The translations under genes were made by a program, and so were the position numbers. Of a DNA stretch of 64,000 bases, positions 1 through 9,412 are shown in pieces. Under the pieces are notes generated by a model. It saw only the letters and a program-made list of their open reading frames with translations. It ran no database searches and was not told where the DNA came from. Source of the DNA: Deltaproteobacteria bacterium ADurb.Bin151 (GTDB taxonomy: Bacteria > Desulfobacterota > Syntrophia > Syntrophales > Smithellaceae); contig MWDG01000002.1 of the NCBI GenBank assembly GCA_002070455.1, forward strand, positions 7,062 to 71,061, read 5' to 3'. Within the stretch, counting starts at the first letter, position 1. Every line of letters begins with the position of its first letter.

Positions 1-166
1 AGATATCCGTATCCGGAATGATGACCAGTTCAGGCGGCGTGACAAACGGTATGGGTGGAGGCAGCGGAAATGCGAAAGGAGGCGGAGGTGGCGCCATGGC
101 ATTGGACATGATTGGAAAAACGAAAGTGACGACCAATATAAATGTCACAAATATTGACTTTTTCAT
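1..166 (-). CDS. Secreted proline-rich protein, N-terminal part only (3' end lies beyond the left window edge)
   Basis: Absent from the >=60 aa track. ATG at 166-164 has AAGGAGG (174-180 on the plus strand) 7 nt upstream. Translation MKKSIFVTFILVVTFVFPIMSNAMAPPPPPFAFPLPPPIPFVTPPELVIIPDTDI shows a signal-peptide-like start followed by a Pro-rich stretch. The frame stays open to position 1. Confidence 0.4.
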   Translation of the reverse strand, partial: MKKSIFVTFILVVTFVFPIMSNAMAPPPPPFAFPLPPPIPFVTPPELVIIPDTDI

Positions 167-511
167 TGCTTATCCTCCTTTCGCAACGGCTTCCCTAATC
201 AAAGATTTATCGGGGAAGCCAGTCTAGGCAAAAAAATCAAATTCATTTTTCAGTTTTCTTTCAATACGGATTGAAATATATCATAAAATGAAGTTTTTGA
301 ACACAGCACATAGAAGGGGGAAGCATGAAGGAATAATCATCGATTTTCCATTGCGTCGGTCAAATACTGCTGCTGCATACCTTGTTGAACCGGCATGCAA
401 CAGCAACTGCATCCATCATCATGATCGCAGGATCATCACGAAAATTTCAATGCCGGGCAGACCTTTTTTAAACTTTCGAAAGCAGCAGAGAGCTTTTCCG
501 GTTTGAAAGCT

Positions 512-1438
512 CTACTTTTCCGCCATCCCTGAAAGAAATTCAGCTTTTGCATATTCAGGATTCGGGTAGGTATAAAATCCTTTTTTTGTCTTGGCTCCAA
601 GCTCACCCTTTTCCACATACTGTTTCAGAAAATCCGCATTGGCCTGTATCTGGTTGGCCGGGATATCCTGTGTATTTCGAGCCCAGTAATCGTTAACGTG
701 CCAGACCGTCTTAAGGCCCATCTGGTCCATCATGCCGAAGGGACCTATGGGCATGCGCATCACCCCCATCCAGGCCCTGTCAACATCTTCGACACTGGCA
801 ACGCCAGTGGTCACGAGTGTCAGGGCCGCCGTGCAGATGCTGGAAAGCATTGCGTTAAAAACATATCCGTTGTTTTCACGGTGAAGCATGATCGCAATCT
901 GGCCGATACTCACGGCAAAATCCCGTACTAACGCTGTAACTGTAGGGTCTGTACCCGGATGGGGCATAACATCCACGATATTGGTGGTGCGCACATCATG
1001 GAAATGAAGCGCTATCAACTTTTCAGGCCTGCCTGTGGCCGCGGCAAATTTCGAAGGCATGAGAAGCGATGTGTTGGTGGTAAAAATGGTACGTTCAGGA
1101 CAGAGTTTATTGAACTTTTCAAAAACTTTTGCCTTGATTTCCGGATCTTCGGGCACGGATTCGCTGATCAAATCAGTCTCTCTCGCAGCTTCTTCCGGAT
1201 TCGAAGTGGTGGTGATGCGGCCCATGATTTCTCTGAGCTGCTCTATGGTTATTCTTCGTATGGGCACAAAAAATGAAGATCCGAGTTTTTCGATGCGCTT
1301 CAAGGATTGACTCAATATTTCATCCGAGAGGTCGTAAAAAGTCACATGGTATCCGTGCATGGCACACACAAAGCCAATTTGCTGGCCCATGGTGCCTGCA
1401 CCCAGAATAAGTACCTTTTTAATATCTTTGAGTTCCAT
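512..1438 (-). CDS. NAD-dependent 3-hydroxyacyl-CoA (3-hydroxybutyryl-CoA) dehydrogenase
   Basis: 308 aa. N-terminal Rossmann motif ILGAGTMGQQIG. Length and overall pattern match the 3HCDH family (N- and C-terminal domains). Confidence 0.85.
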   Translation of the reverse strand: MELKDIKKVLILGAGTMGQQIGFVCAMHGYHVTFYDLSDEILSQSLKRIEKLGSSFFVPIRRITIEQLREIMGRITTTSNPEEAARETDLISESVPEDPEIKAKVFEKFNKLCPERTIFTTNTSLLMPSKFAAATGRPEKLIALHFHDVRTTNIVDVMPHPGTDPTVTALVRDFAVSIGQIAIMLHRENNGYVFNAMLSSICTAALTLVTTGVASVEDVDRAWMGVMRMPIGPFGMMDQMGLKTVWHVNDYWARNTQDIPANQIQANADFLKQYVEKGELGAKTKKGFYTYPNPEYAKAEFLSGMAEK

Positions 1439-1532
1439 CTGTTTTCCCCTTTCATTTTCCCGAAACAGCCCTGATCATCGTAAAATTACCGCAAATTTGT
1501 ATCATATATCAAGTCCAAGTCCAAGTTTAAAA

Positions 1533-2645
1533 TCAGAAACGATACTCCACATTCATCATTAAGGCGGCCTGATCCGACCATACTTTCACTCCGTTGTCCC
1601 AGCTTTGATCGATGCCATACACATCATGCTGCCATTGATGCGAACCTGTGGAGCGGATTCGAATATAGTCCATTTCAAAGCCCGCGCTGACATTTTCGGT
1701 CAATACGATTTTGAGGCCGACAGATGCATGCAAGGCGCCCCCTCTGGTTCTATCATAGGTCATACGGGCCCCACCGTCTCCCCTGATCAGATGTTCATCG
1801 CTGTTGTTTCCGTCAACATAGGCCCAATCCAGCTGGCAAATCACTTTCAGGCGCGGGAACCGGATATGTTTTTCCATATTGTAAACCGCCTTAATTCCCA
1901 GAAAATAATGCCAGTAGGTCTGTTTAAAATGGATGGTGTCCCCCGGCAACGGTTCCGGCGGGTCATTGCTCCAGGGGGCCGGATACATCTGGACGCCGTT
2001 ATGGGCATAAAATTCCAAATACTGCCAACGGATTCCTGCAACCGGACGCAGGTCGAACCACCCCGGCAATTTCAACCAGTCGCTAATTTTCAAATCAACA
2101 TCTACTCTCGCCATATAGCTTGGCTGCAATCGACACTGCGCTTCTGAATAAATGTCCTTGATCCAGAAATATTGCGTGTCGGTCCAGTCTGAATCCTTGA
2201 ACGAAAGGTCAGATTCCATGGGAACGGTTGCCGATACTTCCGCTCCTGCCGAAAAACGTGAAAAATTTCTTCTGAACTCTCCCCCGAACCACCACGTGTT
2301 CATGGGAAATTCCAGACGGCTCAGAGGCTCCTGAAACGGAGGATAAGGATTACCGAATTCATAGGATGTATGGCTTATGAAATAGCGTTTTACATAAAGT
2401 TCGATGGACCATGGTTTGTCCTTTGACGGAAAATTCCCAATTGCTGTTTGCCGCCGGATCGTCTGCTCCGGGCTGTCACTTACATCTTTTGTTGCTGGAT
2501 CTTCCGTATAAATGTTCATTTCAGAGGGCACAGTGTATCCGTCATCTTTTTCTCTCTCGATTTGCGCAAAACAAAATGAAGAAAAACATACGAAAAAAAT
2601 TATGGTGAATGTAAACATGAAACAATATCTCTTTTGTAATCTCAT
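1533..2645 (-). CDS. Outer-membrane beta-barrel protein of unknown function
   Basis: 370 aa. Hydrophobic signal peptide (FVCFSSFCFAQ), alternating aromatic/polar pattern, and C-terminal ...MNVEYRF ending in Phe as in OMP barrels. Confidence 0.6.
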   Translation of the reverse strand: MRLQKRYCFMFTFTIIFFVCFSSFCFAQIEREKDDGYTVPSEMNIYTEDPATKDVSDSPEQTIRRQTAIGNFPSKDKPWSIELYVKRYFISHTSYEFGNPYPPFQEPLSRLEFPMNTWWFGGEFRRNFSRFSAGAEVSATVPMESDLSFKDSDWTDTQYFWIKDIYSEAQCRLQPSYMARVDVDLKISDWLKLPGWFDLRPVAGIRWQYLEFYAHNGVQMYPAPWSNDPPEPLPGDTIHFKQTYWHYFLGIKAVYNMEKHIRFPRLKVICQLDWAYVDGNNSDEHLIRGDGGARMTYDRTRGGALHASVGLKIVLTENVSAGFEMDYIRIRSTGSHQWQHDVYGIDQSWDNGVKVWSDQAALMMNVEYRF

Positions 2646-2914
2646 ACCGGCTGACCTTCTTGTTTACGTAAGCATGGATAATAATTTTACTTGAATGAAT
2701 ATAAACCGTAAGTTCAGGCTGCGCAAGGAATTCCTGGCAGCCGGGTCATTTCCCCGATTAAATTTTTCAAATGTAAATGAAATAAGGAAGTAATTTTTAT
2801 TTATACCAGTTTTTCATCCTTTTTAAAAGTAAAATTATGAAAACATATTGACGAATTCAAGATAAAAATGTTATTTATAAATTTCATTTTTTAATCAAAC
2901 ATCAGGAGTAGATT

Positions 2915-3133
2915 ATGCCAGCAAAAAAAGAGAGCTCCCGAAAAAGTACAGCAAAGAAAGTCGCTTCAACTGCCAGGAAAACAAAAAAGCCTGACCTGCA
3001 GGAATTCCTCGACAGAGTTGAAAAAAGAGCTTACGAACTTTACCAGGAGAGAATGATTACAGGCGCGCCCGGTGATGACATTTCCGACTGGTTTCATGCG
3101 GAAAATGAAATAAAAAAAATGTATAAACTCTAG
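2915..3133 (+). CDS. Small Lys-rich DUF2934-like protein
   Basis: 72 aa. AGGAG lies 6 nt before the ATG. The C-terminal motif RAYELYQER...GDDISDWFHAENEI resembles the DUF2934 signature. An AT-rich upstream region contains TTGACG. Confidence 0.55.
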   Translation: MPAKKESSRKSTAKKVASTARKTKKPDLQEFLDRVEKRAYELYQERMITGAPGDDISDWFHAENEIKKMYKL

Positions 3134-3240
3134 CTTGCTTTTCTTTTGTCAGCTTTTTTCTATAAATTGTCTGTTATCGGTTTTTCAATGATCCTGCAAA
3201 ACCATTTTGAACGGTTGTGCGTCGAGGGTCCTGTTTGTCC

Positions 3241-3270
3241 TTGACTTACACGAAAGGGTTCCTTTATACT
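3241..3270 (+). promoter_or_regulatory. Candidate sigma-70 promoter for glgC
   Basis: TTGACT (3241-3246), 18 nt spacer, TATACT (3265-3270), about 57 nt upstream of the glgC ATG. Confidence 0.4.
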
Positions 3271-3326
3271 GATAGTGCATGACAGCCGGTTCCTGTAAAT
3301 TCTTTCTTGCCGGGAGGAAACGAATC

Positions 3327-4643
3327 ATGAGCATCAGAAAAAAACGGACGTTGAATCTCCTGGATCATTATAATTATGTTGACACAAAGATTGCTACAGA
3401 GGTGACACGCCGGACTCTGGTGCTGATACTAGCGGGAGGAGAAGGCTCCCGTCTTGGAGAATTGACAAAATGGCGTGCCAAACCCGCCGTCCCCTTCGGC
3501 GGCAAATACCGCATGATCGATTTTCCCCTCTCGAACTGTGTTAATTCAGGCTTGCGCCGCATTGGTGTGCTGACCCAGTACAAAGCACATTCACTGATAC
3601 GCCACCTGCAGCATGCATGGAGCTTCATGAGGGCGGAAATCGGTGAATTTGTAGAAATTATTCCCGCCCAGCAACGTATGAGCAAAGAATGGTACCGAGG
3701 AACAGCCGACGCCCTCTACCAGAATATCGACATCATCCACCGTCACTCGCCCGATTATTTACTGGTACTTGGCGGCGACCACATCTACACCATGGATTAC
3801 TCGAAGATGCTGATGCAGCATGTTCAGTCAAAGGCGGACATGACCGTTGCTTGCATTGAGGTGCCGCGCATGGAAGCGCGTGAATTCGGGGTCATGTCCG
3901 TTGATGAAAATATGCGCATCTCCCGCTTCACTGAAAAACCGGCCAATCCGGAGGCCATACCAGACAAACCGGATCAGTCCCTGGCATCCATGGGAATCTA
4001 TGTTTTCACGACCGGATTTCTCTACGATAAGCTGATCGAAGACGCCAAAGATGAGAATTCAGACCATGACTTTGGTAAGAACATCATCCCCCGCGCTATC
4101 CCCAACAGTCGGGCAATGGCATATACCTATCGCGATGATCAAGGCAAGATGGCCTACTGGCGGGACATCGGCACCGTAGACGCTTACTGGAAGGCAAACA
4201 TGGAACTGTGCTCCATTGAACCGGAATTGAACCTGTATAATCAAAGCTGGCCCATCTGGACTTACCAGGTCCAACTGCCGCCGGCAAAATTTGTCTTTGA
4301 CGATGAAGGCCGCCGCGGTGAAGCCATAGATTCACTGGTCAGCGGCGGGTGCATTATAGCAGGTGCGCATGTCAAGCGTTCTGTCATCTTTTTTGCGACA
4401 CGCATCGAAACCTGCAGCATGGTTAAGGACAGTGTTGTTCTGCCGGGAGTATATATTGGAAGGAACTGCCGCATCAACCGCGCCATTATCGACAAGGGAA
4501 CCCACATTCCCGATAACACCATTATCGGAGAAAACCCGGATGAGGATATCAAGCGATTTCAAATCAGTGAGCAGGGCATCGTTTTGGTGACCCCGGAGAT
4601 GATGGGACAGAACATCATGTATGACGGCACACTGATTGGATGA
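3327..4643 (+). CDS. glgC: Glucose-1-phosphate adenylyltransferase
   Basis: Motifs LAGGEGSRLGELT, KPAVPFGGKYRMIDFPLSN and a C-terminal left-handed beta-helix region. I start it at ATG 3327 (GGGAGG 9 nt upstream) rather than the track start at 3279. Confidence 0.92.
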   Translation: MSIRKKRTLNLLDHYNYVDTKIATEVTRRTLVLILAGGEGSRLGELTKWRAKPAVPFGGKYRMIDFPLSNCVNSGLRRIGVLTQYKAHSLIRHLQHAWSFMRAEIGEFVEIIPAQQRMSKEWYRGTADALYQNIDIIHRHSPDYLLVLGGDHIYTMDYSKMLMQHVQSKADMTVACIEVPRMEAREFGVMSVDENMRISRFTEKPANPEAIPDKPDQSLASMGIYVFTTGFLYDKLIEDAKDENSDHDFGKNIIPRAIPNSRAMAYTYRDDQGKMAYWRDIGTVDAYWKANMELCSIEPELNLYNQSWPIWTYQVQLPPAKFVFDDEGRRGEAIDSLVSGGCIIAGAHVKRSVIFFATRIETCSMVKDSVVLPGVYIGRNCRINRAIIDKGTHIPDNTIIGENPDEDIKRFQISEQGIVLVTPEMMGQNIMYDGTLIG

Positions 4644-4689
4644 TTTTTCGAAAGCCTATTAGACACTGTAGGTTCAAGGCTAAAGGGTT

Positions 4690-4732
4690 GGTCGCTGAGC
4701 TTGTCGAAGCCGGTCGCTGAGCTTCTCGAAGC
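4690..4732. repeat. Tandem 22-bp direct repeat (2 copies)
   Basis: GGTCGCTGAGCTTGTCGAAGC (4690-4710) and GGTCGCTGAGCTTCTCGAAGC (4712-4732) match at 20 of 21 positions. They lie in the intergenic space after glgC. Confidence 0.8.
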
Positions 4733-4890
4733 GGGGCAATGGGCAAGGTACTTTAAAAAATATCAATATAAAAATGATGTAGCATATGTTTATTTGTAAC
4801 TCGCAACATGTAATTCAAGACTCTAAAATAATCTGTGAAAATGTAACCATTTCGTGTTAGCGAGATACCATCATCATAGATTTTCATTCT

Positions 4891-7479
4891 TCACACAGTG
4901 CTTTGCCGTTTTAGTTCATCTCTTATGGCCAAACCGATTTTTTCTAGTACATAGGGCTTCTTTACATAAGCACCCGCCCCAAGTCTCTGTGCCTCTCTGA
5001 CGCGATCCGTTTCGGAAAAACCACTGACAATGATAGCCTTCTGTTTCGGGTTGATCTCCAGAATTTTCCGGTAGGTCTCCATGCCGTCAATTCCCGGCGG
5101 CATGATCATATCCAGAAGCAGCAGGTCTGCCTTGTTTTTCCCGAGGTATTCAACTGCCTCCTCCCCGCTGGAAACGGTATGAACATTATATCCAAGTTTT
5201 TGAAGCAACCCAGAAGCGATGTCCCTTTGATCAGCCATGTCATCAATAATTAATATCGATTCCCCACTGCCCATGTAACGTTCTATCGGTTCACCAGGTT
5301 CCGTTGCAATTATTTCTTGACGTGTTATGGGAAAGTAAAGAGTAAAGGTTGTCCCCGTGCCGACTTTTGTCTGCAAATCAATATATCCGTTATGATCTTT
5401 TACCGTTCCCCACACAATGGGCAAACCCAGGCCGGTTCCGCTTCTTCTCGCTGTCTTTTTTGTATAAAACGGTTCAAATATCTTTTCTCTGTTCTCGTCC
5501 GGAATCCCCGTCCCGGTATCTGTAACACTCAGGATGGCATAATCGCCATGAAGGATTTCATCATAGCCCTTAACCGGTTTATCCAGGTAGCGATTCTCTG
5601 TCCGGACGATGACCTCTCCCTCTCCTGGTATCGACTCTGCCGCATTCAACACCAGATTCATCAAAGTCTTGTCCAGATGGACAGGAGAACCTTTAATGTT
5701 CAGGAGGCCCTCTTCACATTCTGCCCTGAAGGTTACCATAGGATGATTGCTTGTTATTTTCTCAAACAATGGTGTTTTAAGAAAAGCCGACACAATATCG
5801 TTTAGATTGATCACCTCTGAAACGGTGACGCCCCTTCTGGTCAGCGTAAGAAGATCCTGAATAATCGCAGACCCTTTCTCTGTGGACTTCATAATCTTTT
5901 CAGCGTAATCTCTGGACGTATGTCCCTCCGGAATTTTCATCAGCAGCAGCTCCGAATAACCGGAAAGGGCTCCTAAAACATTATTCAGATCATGGGCCAC
6001 GCTGCCTGCCATTCTTCCGAGAATCTCCATCTTCTCCGCACGCTGAAGGCGATCCTCCAATTTTCTCTTCTCATCCTCCGCCTTTTTCTGGGCGGTGACG
6101 TTTCGCGCAATACCCCGAAATCCGATCGGCTCGCCTTTGGTATTTCGCTTCAGGGACACTGAAACTTCAAGAAATCTTTTCATCCCGTCTTTTCCGATGA
6201 TTTCTACATCGGATAACGCGACCGGTTCACCTGTTCTGTAAATTCCGTTGAACAGCCGATACATGATTTTAGCGTTTGTTTGATCCTGATACTGACGATT
6301 GTTCATCCCAATCAGTTCATCTCTGGAATATCCGAGAATTCTGCATTGCGCATCATTCACATAGGTATAATTACCTAAAAGATCGACCTCATAATAGCCT
6401 TCTTCCATCTGTTCTATGATGGTACGATATTTTCCCTCGCTTTCCAGCAACGCTTCTTCGGCCTGCTTGCGTTCGGTAACAACAAGCTCAATTCCATCCC
6501 ACCGAACATCGCCATTTTCCATCACAGTGGGAGTTGATGACAGGTGAGACCACCTTATTCCTCCCGAAGGCTCCCTCTCCCGTACCTCCACCGAAAAAGT
6601 GGATAAAGTTTTTAATGCTTCCTCTTCAGTTTTCATTAACAAGGCGATATCATCTTCATAGACGTTGCCGTATATGAGATTCGCATCAGCCATGACTTCT
6701 TCCGGTGTTGCGCCGTGCAGCCTTTTTACCGAATCGCTTACATAGGTAAATTGCCTTGTTCCGTCGACCTTCTTCATAATCTGATAGATCATTCCCAAGG
6801 GAAGATTGTCGCTGATGGACTTGATGCGAAGTTCATTCTCCCGCAAGGCTTCGTTGAGCAAACCCAGCTCTTCATTTTTCCTGTTGAGCTGTCCTTCGGC
6901 CTGTATCCTTACCCTGATCTCACTTTCATAGCTGCGGGCCAGAAGCCAGATCATAACTGATATACTCACGAGAAAACCAACAATAAGCACAACCCTGTTT
7001 ACAAATACAACTTCAGCCGTTCGGAAAGGTTTTATGTAACCAATGGATATCACCCAGGCAAGGCCAAGATACGTCGCAAGACAGATCGCAAGTGCGATCC
7101 ACATTTTCCTCGGCCCGTAAATAAACGCCACAAACATGATCAGAATTGCATACATGAAATTGCCCGGTGCATCGATTCCGCCGATATAGTTTGCGTTGAC
7201 TGCAGGGATGTACATCAGCAGCGGGAGGATGATACCGGCAGCTCGCCAGAATCCTGCTTTCGTGAGCAACATGGCCCCGAAAAGAAGGATCGAAAGAATA
7301 ACAAGAATCAGCAGCGTATCAAAAGGCATTTTGCCTAACAGATACAGGATGAAGGTTATTAGAGAAAAAGAGAATGTAATGCTAAATGAAAAAAACAATA
7401 AATTGCGGGTGATATATTCCCGCCTCGCCATTTCCGGATCGGTTTCGTTTAACTTACGGATGAATGTTAATGGGTTCAT
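4891..7479 (-). CDS. Hybrid sensor histidine kinase (multi-TM N-terminus, PAS domains, HisKA-HATPase, C-terminal receiver)
   Basis: 862 aa. About 6 N-terminal hydrophobic helices, two PAS-like segments, H-box SVAHDLNNVLG, ATPase boxes DTGTGIP and GTGLGLPIV, and a receiver ILIIDDM...LLLLDMIMPPGIDG...K. Confidence 0.9.
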   Translation of the reverse strand: MNPLTFIRKLNETDPEMARREYITRNLLFFSFSITFSFSLITFILYLLGKMPFDTLLILVILSILLFGAMLLTKAGFWRAAGIILPLLMYIPAVNANYIGGIDAPGNFMYAILIMFVAFIYGPRKMWIALAICLATYLGLAWVISIGYIKPFRTAEVVFVNRVVLIVGFLVSISVMIWLLARSYESEIRVRIQAEGQLNRKNEELGLLNEALRENELRIKSISDNLPLGMIYQIMKKVDGTRQFTYVSDSVKRLHGATPEEVMADANLIYGNVYEDDIALLMKTEEEALKTLSTFSVEVREREPSGGIRWSHLSSTPTVMENGDVRWDGIELVVTERKQAEEALLESEGKYRTIIEQMEEGYYEVDLLGNYTYVNDAQCRILGYSRDELIGMNNRQYQDQTNAKIMYRLFNGIYRTGEPVALSDVEIIGKDGMKRFLEVSVSLKRNTKGEPIGFRGIARNVTAQKKAEDEKRKLEDRLQRAEKMEILGRMAGSVAHDLNNVLGALSGYSELLLMKIPEGHTSRDYAEKIMKSTEKGSAIIQDLLTLTRRGVTVSEVINLNDIVSAFLKTPLFEKITSNHPMVTFRAECEEGLLNIKGSPVHLDKTLMNLVLNAAESIPGEGEVIVRTENRYLDKPVKGYDEILHGDYAILSVTDTGTGIPDENREKIFEPFYTKKTARRSGTGLGLPIVWGTVKDHNGYIDLQTKVGTGTTFTLYFPITRQEIIATEPGEPIERYMGSGESILIIDDMADQRDIASGLLQKLGYNVHTVSSGEEAVEYLGKNKADLLLLDMIMPPGIDGMETYRKILEINPKQKAIIVSGFSETDRVREAQRLGAGAYVKKPYVLEKIGLAIRDELKRQSTV

Positions 7480-7597
7480 CTTTTCATTATCATAAATTTT
7501 ATGTTATTTTTTTTACTATATGAAACCTGACGATATATGTCAATTCAATAACAGCCGAAAAGCACGTGGAGCATTCTCTTTGATTTTGTCCTTCATG

Positions 7598-9109
7598 TCA
7601 CTGCGAAACGTTGAACCGGATCCTGTTTTGTCCGGCAGCCTCATCGTATCGGACAGCTCCTTCTTTTCCGACCCATTCAATCTTTTCCATTATCAGAAGT
7701 TCATCCGGACCGGCATCAACGACGGCCAGGGCTCTGCCACCATTTTTTAGCCTTCCCACCACAACCCCCTGTAACGGATTGCCTGCACTGTCGTGCCGGA
7801 TCACATAGGCCTCAACGAGAAGAGATCCGGATGCCTTTTCCACGGGCACGGGGAGAGCCTGTGCATCGATGGCACGCTGTATCGACGAATCATCCCTGTC
7901 AATCCAGGGGTGGACAGGGGGCGTTCCTGCGTAGATACCTATCGCATGCTTTGTCAGGTACCAGCCGTTAGCCGTCACCATGGCTTTAAGCGCACGGTCT
8001 TTTCTGATGAGCTCGACGACCGTCGCAATGGCATGCATCACATAGTTATTGCCGGGGCCGCCAAAAAAGGGAAGTCCTCCGGTTACGCTCAAGTCCCTCG
8101 GATCGTCATCCGGAATGCCTATCTCTCTCCGGGCAATCTCAAAGGCGGAAGGGAAACAGCTGTAAATATTGAATACACTGATTTCGTCAAGCGTCAGATT
8201 AGCCTGTTGAAGAGCGATGCGTGACGCATGGCATATGGCCGGCGATTTGTGCAAACACGGTCTTCGGGTAACATACCAGATGTCGTTGAAGTCCGCCCCA
8301 CCGATGGGATAAACCCATTTATCACCGGGAATACCAAGGGAGCGCGCAGTGTCCTCCGTGGTCATAATGAGCGCAGCAGACTGATCGACATCGACATTTG
8401 CATTCATGTACTTGGTATAGGGGTATCCAATGTACCGGTTGTCCGGAGACGGCGTAGAGATGATTTCAGCCGACAGTGCATTTTGGGACCACGCAAAGGG
8501 ATTTGTCGAAGCAATCCGGGAAAGACGTTCGAAGGATTCCCCCATGTGTATCCGGTGTTCATCGGGAGATCTGCCGGATGAAGCCCGTAATGATGTCTCA
8601 AACAACGGATACATCAAAGAAGGAAAAAACAGGTTATATGCTTCCTCGATTTTATCCACACCGCTCGTATTCTCGCCGTCGATCCTTTCAGGCGGCTCAC
8701 TGGGCGGCCAGTTCAACGCAAGGGCACCCTTCATGGCACGCTTCAGCGAATAGATGGCTTCCGCTCCGGTCATGAGAACGGCCCTGCAACGGCCCGCTGC
8801 CAGGTCCCTGGCAGCGCTGTTGACCATCATCTGCGGGGTATTGCCCCCGATCGCGAGATAAGAGGCCTGATTCGGCTTGATGCCAAGCCTTTCGGAGAGC
8901 ATCCCGGGTGCGTCACGATAGGACCACTGAAACAAATTCATTACATACACGCAGTCGATGTAATCCTTTAGTTGTAACGCACCTGTATCGATCAATGCAT
9001 CTGAACTTGTTTTTTCCATGAGGCTGAGCGGATCCAGAGGTCGCTCCGTTTTCTTGTGCTGTGTGAATTGTGCTGCACCCACAATGACGGGAGTATAAGA
9101 CATTTGCAT
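7598..9109 (-). CDS. Thiolase-superfamily (SCP-x/acetyl-CoA acetyltransferase-like) protein with extra C-terminal domain
   Basis: 503 aa. Thiolase-like core (GGNTPQ, NIYSCFPSA, GGLPFFGGPGNNYVMH) plus about 110 additional C-terminal residues. Confidence 0.7.
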   Translation of the reverse strand: MQMSYTPVIVGAAQFTQHKKTERPLDPLSLMEKTSSDALIDTGALQLKDYIDCVYVMNLFQWSYRDAPGMLSERLGIKPNQASYLAIGGNTPQMMVNSAARDLAAGRCRAVLMTGAEAIYSLKRAMKGALALNWPPSEPPERIDGENTSGVDKIEEAYNLFFPSLMYPLFETSLRASSGRSPDEHRIHMGESFERLSRIASTNPFAWSQNALSAEIISTPSPDNRYIGYPYTKYMNANVDVDQSAALIMTTEDTARSLGIPGDKWVYPIGGADFNDIWYVTRRPCLHKSPAICHASRIALQQANLTLDEISVFNIYSCFPSAFEIARREIGIPDDDPRDLSVTGGLPFFGGPGNNYVMHAIATVVELIRKDRALKAMVTANGWYLTKHAIGIYAGTPPVHPWIDRDDSSIQRAIDAQALPVPVEKASGSLLVEAYVIRHDSAGNPLQGVVVGRLKNGGRALAVVDAGPDELLIMEKIEWVGKEGAVRYDEAAGQNRIRFNVSQ

Positions 9110-9412
9110 TTCCTTAAAAAAGATTATTTCATCGTCAAAACTGCCGACGCTATTTTTTATATAGCATTAGACAATAACTTCTTTTTATCGAGGAAGATTG
9201 TAATGAAAGTTGAAAGTGTATGCAATGAATAAAAACATATTTCCGGGCGAATCGTGTTTGCCGTGAATCAAAATGCTTTCTTTTAAGAAAAAAACCGGTC
9301 AGGATAATATGTGGGGAATCGTTTTTAGTTGGCAGAGCAAATGAAAATGAGGATGGCGACGGATCTCGTATCCATGTTAACCCCTCAAGGGAGCCAGAAA
9401 ATCCCCTCGTCC

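Noticed and set aside
18-227. Plus-strand 69-aa Gly-rich ORF at the left edge
   Set aside because: It is low-complexity (GGGSGNAKGGGGG) with no SD. The opposite strand has a much better candidate with AAGGAGG, a signal peptide and a Pro-rich region. The Gly run is simply the antisense of the Pro codons.
1511-1527. CAAGTC CAAGTC CAAGT micro-repeat upstream of the dehydrogenase gene
   Set aside because: Only 2.8 copies of a hexamer are present. This is too short to call a functional repeat or a phase-variation tract.
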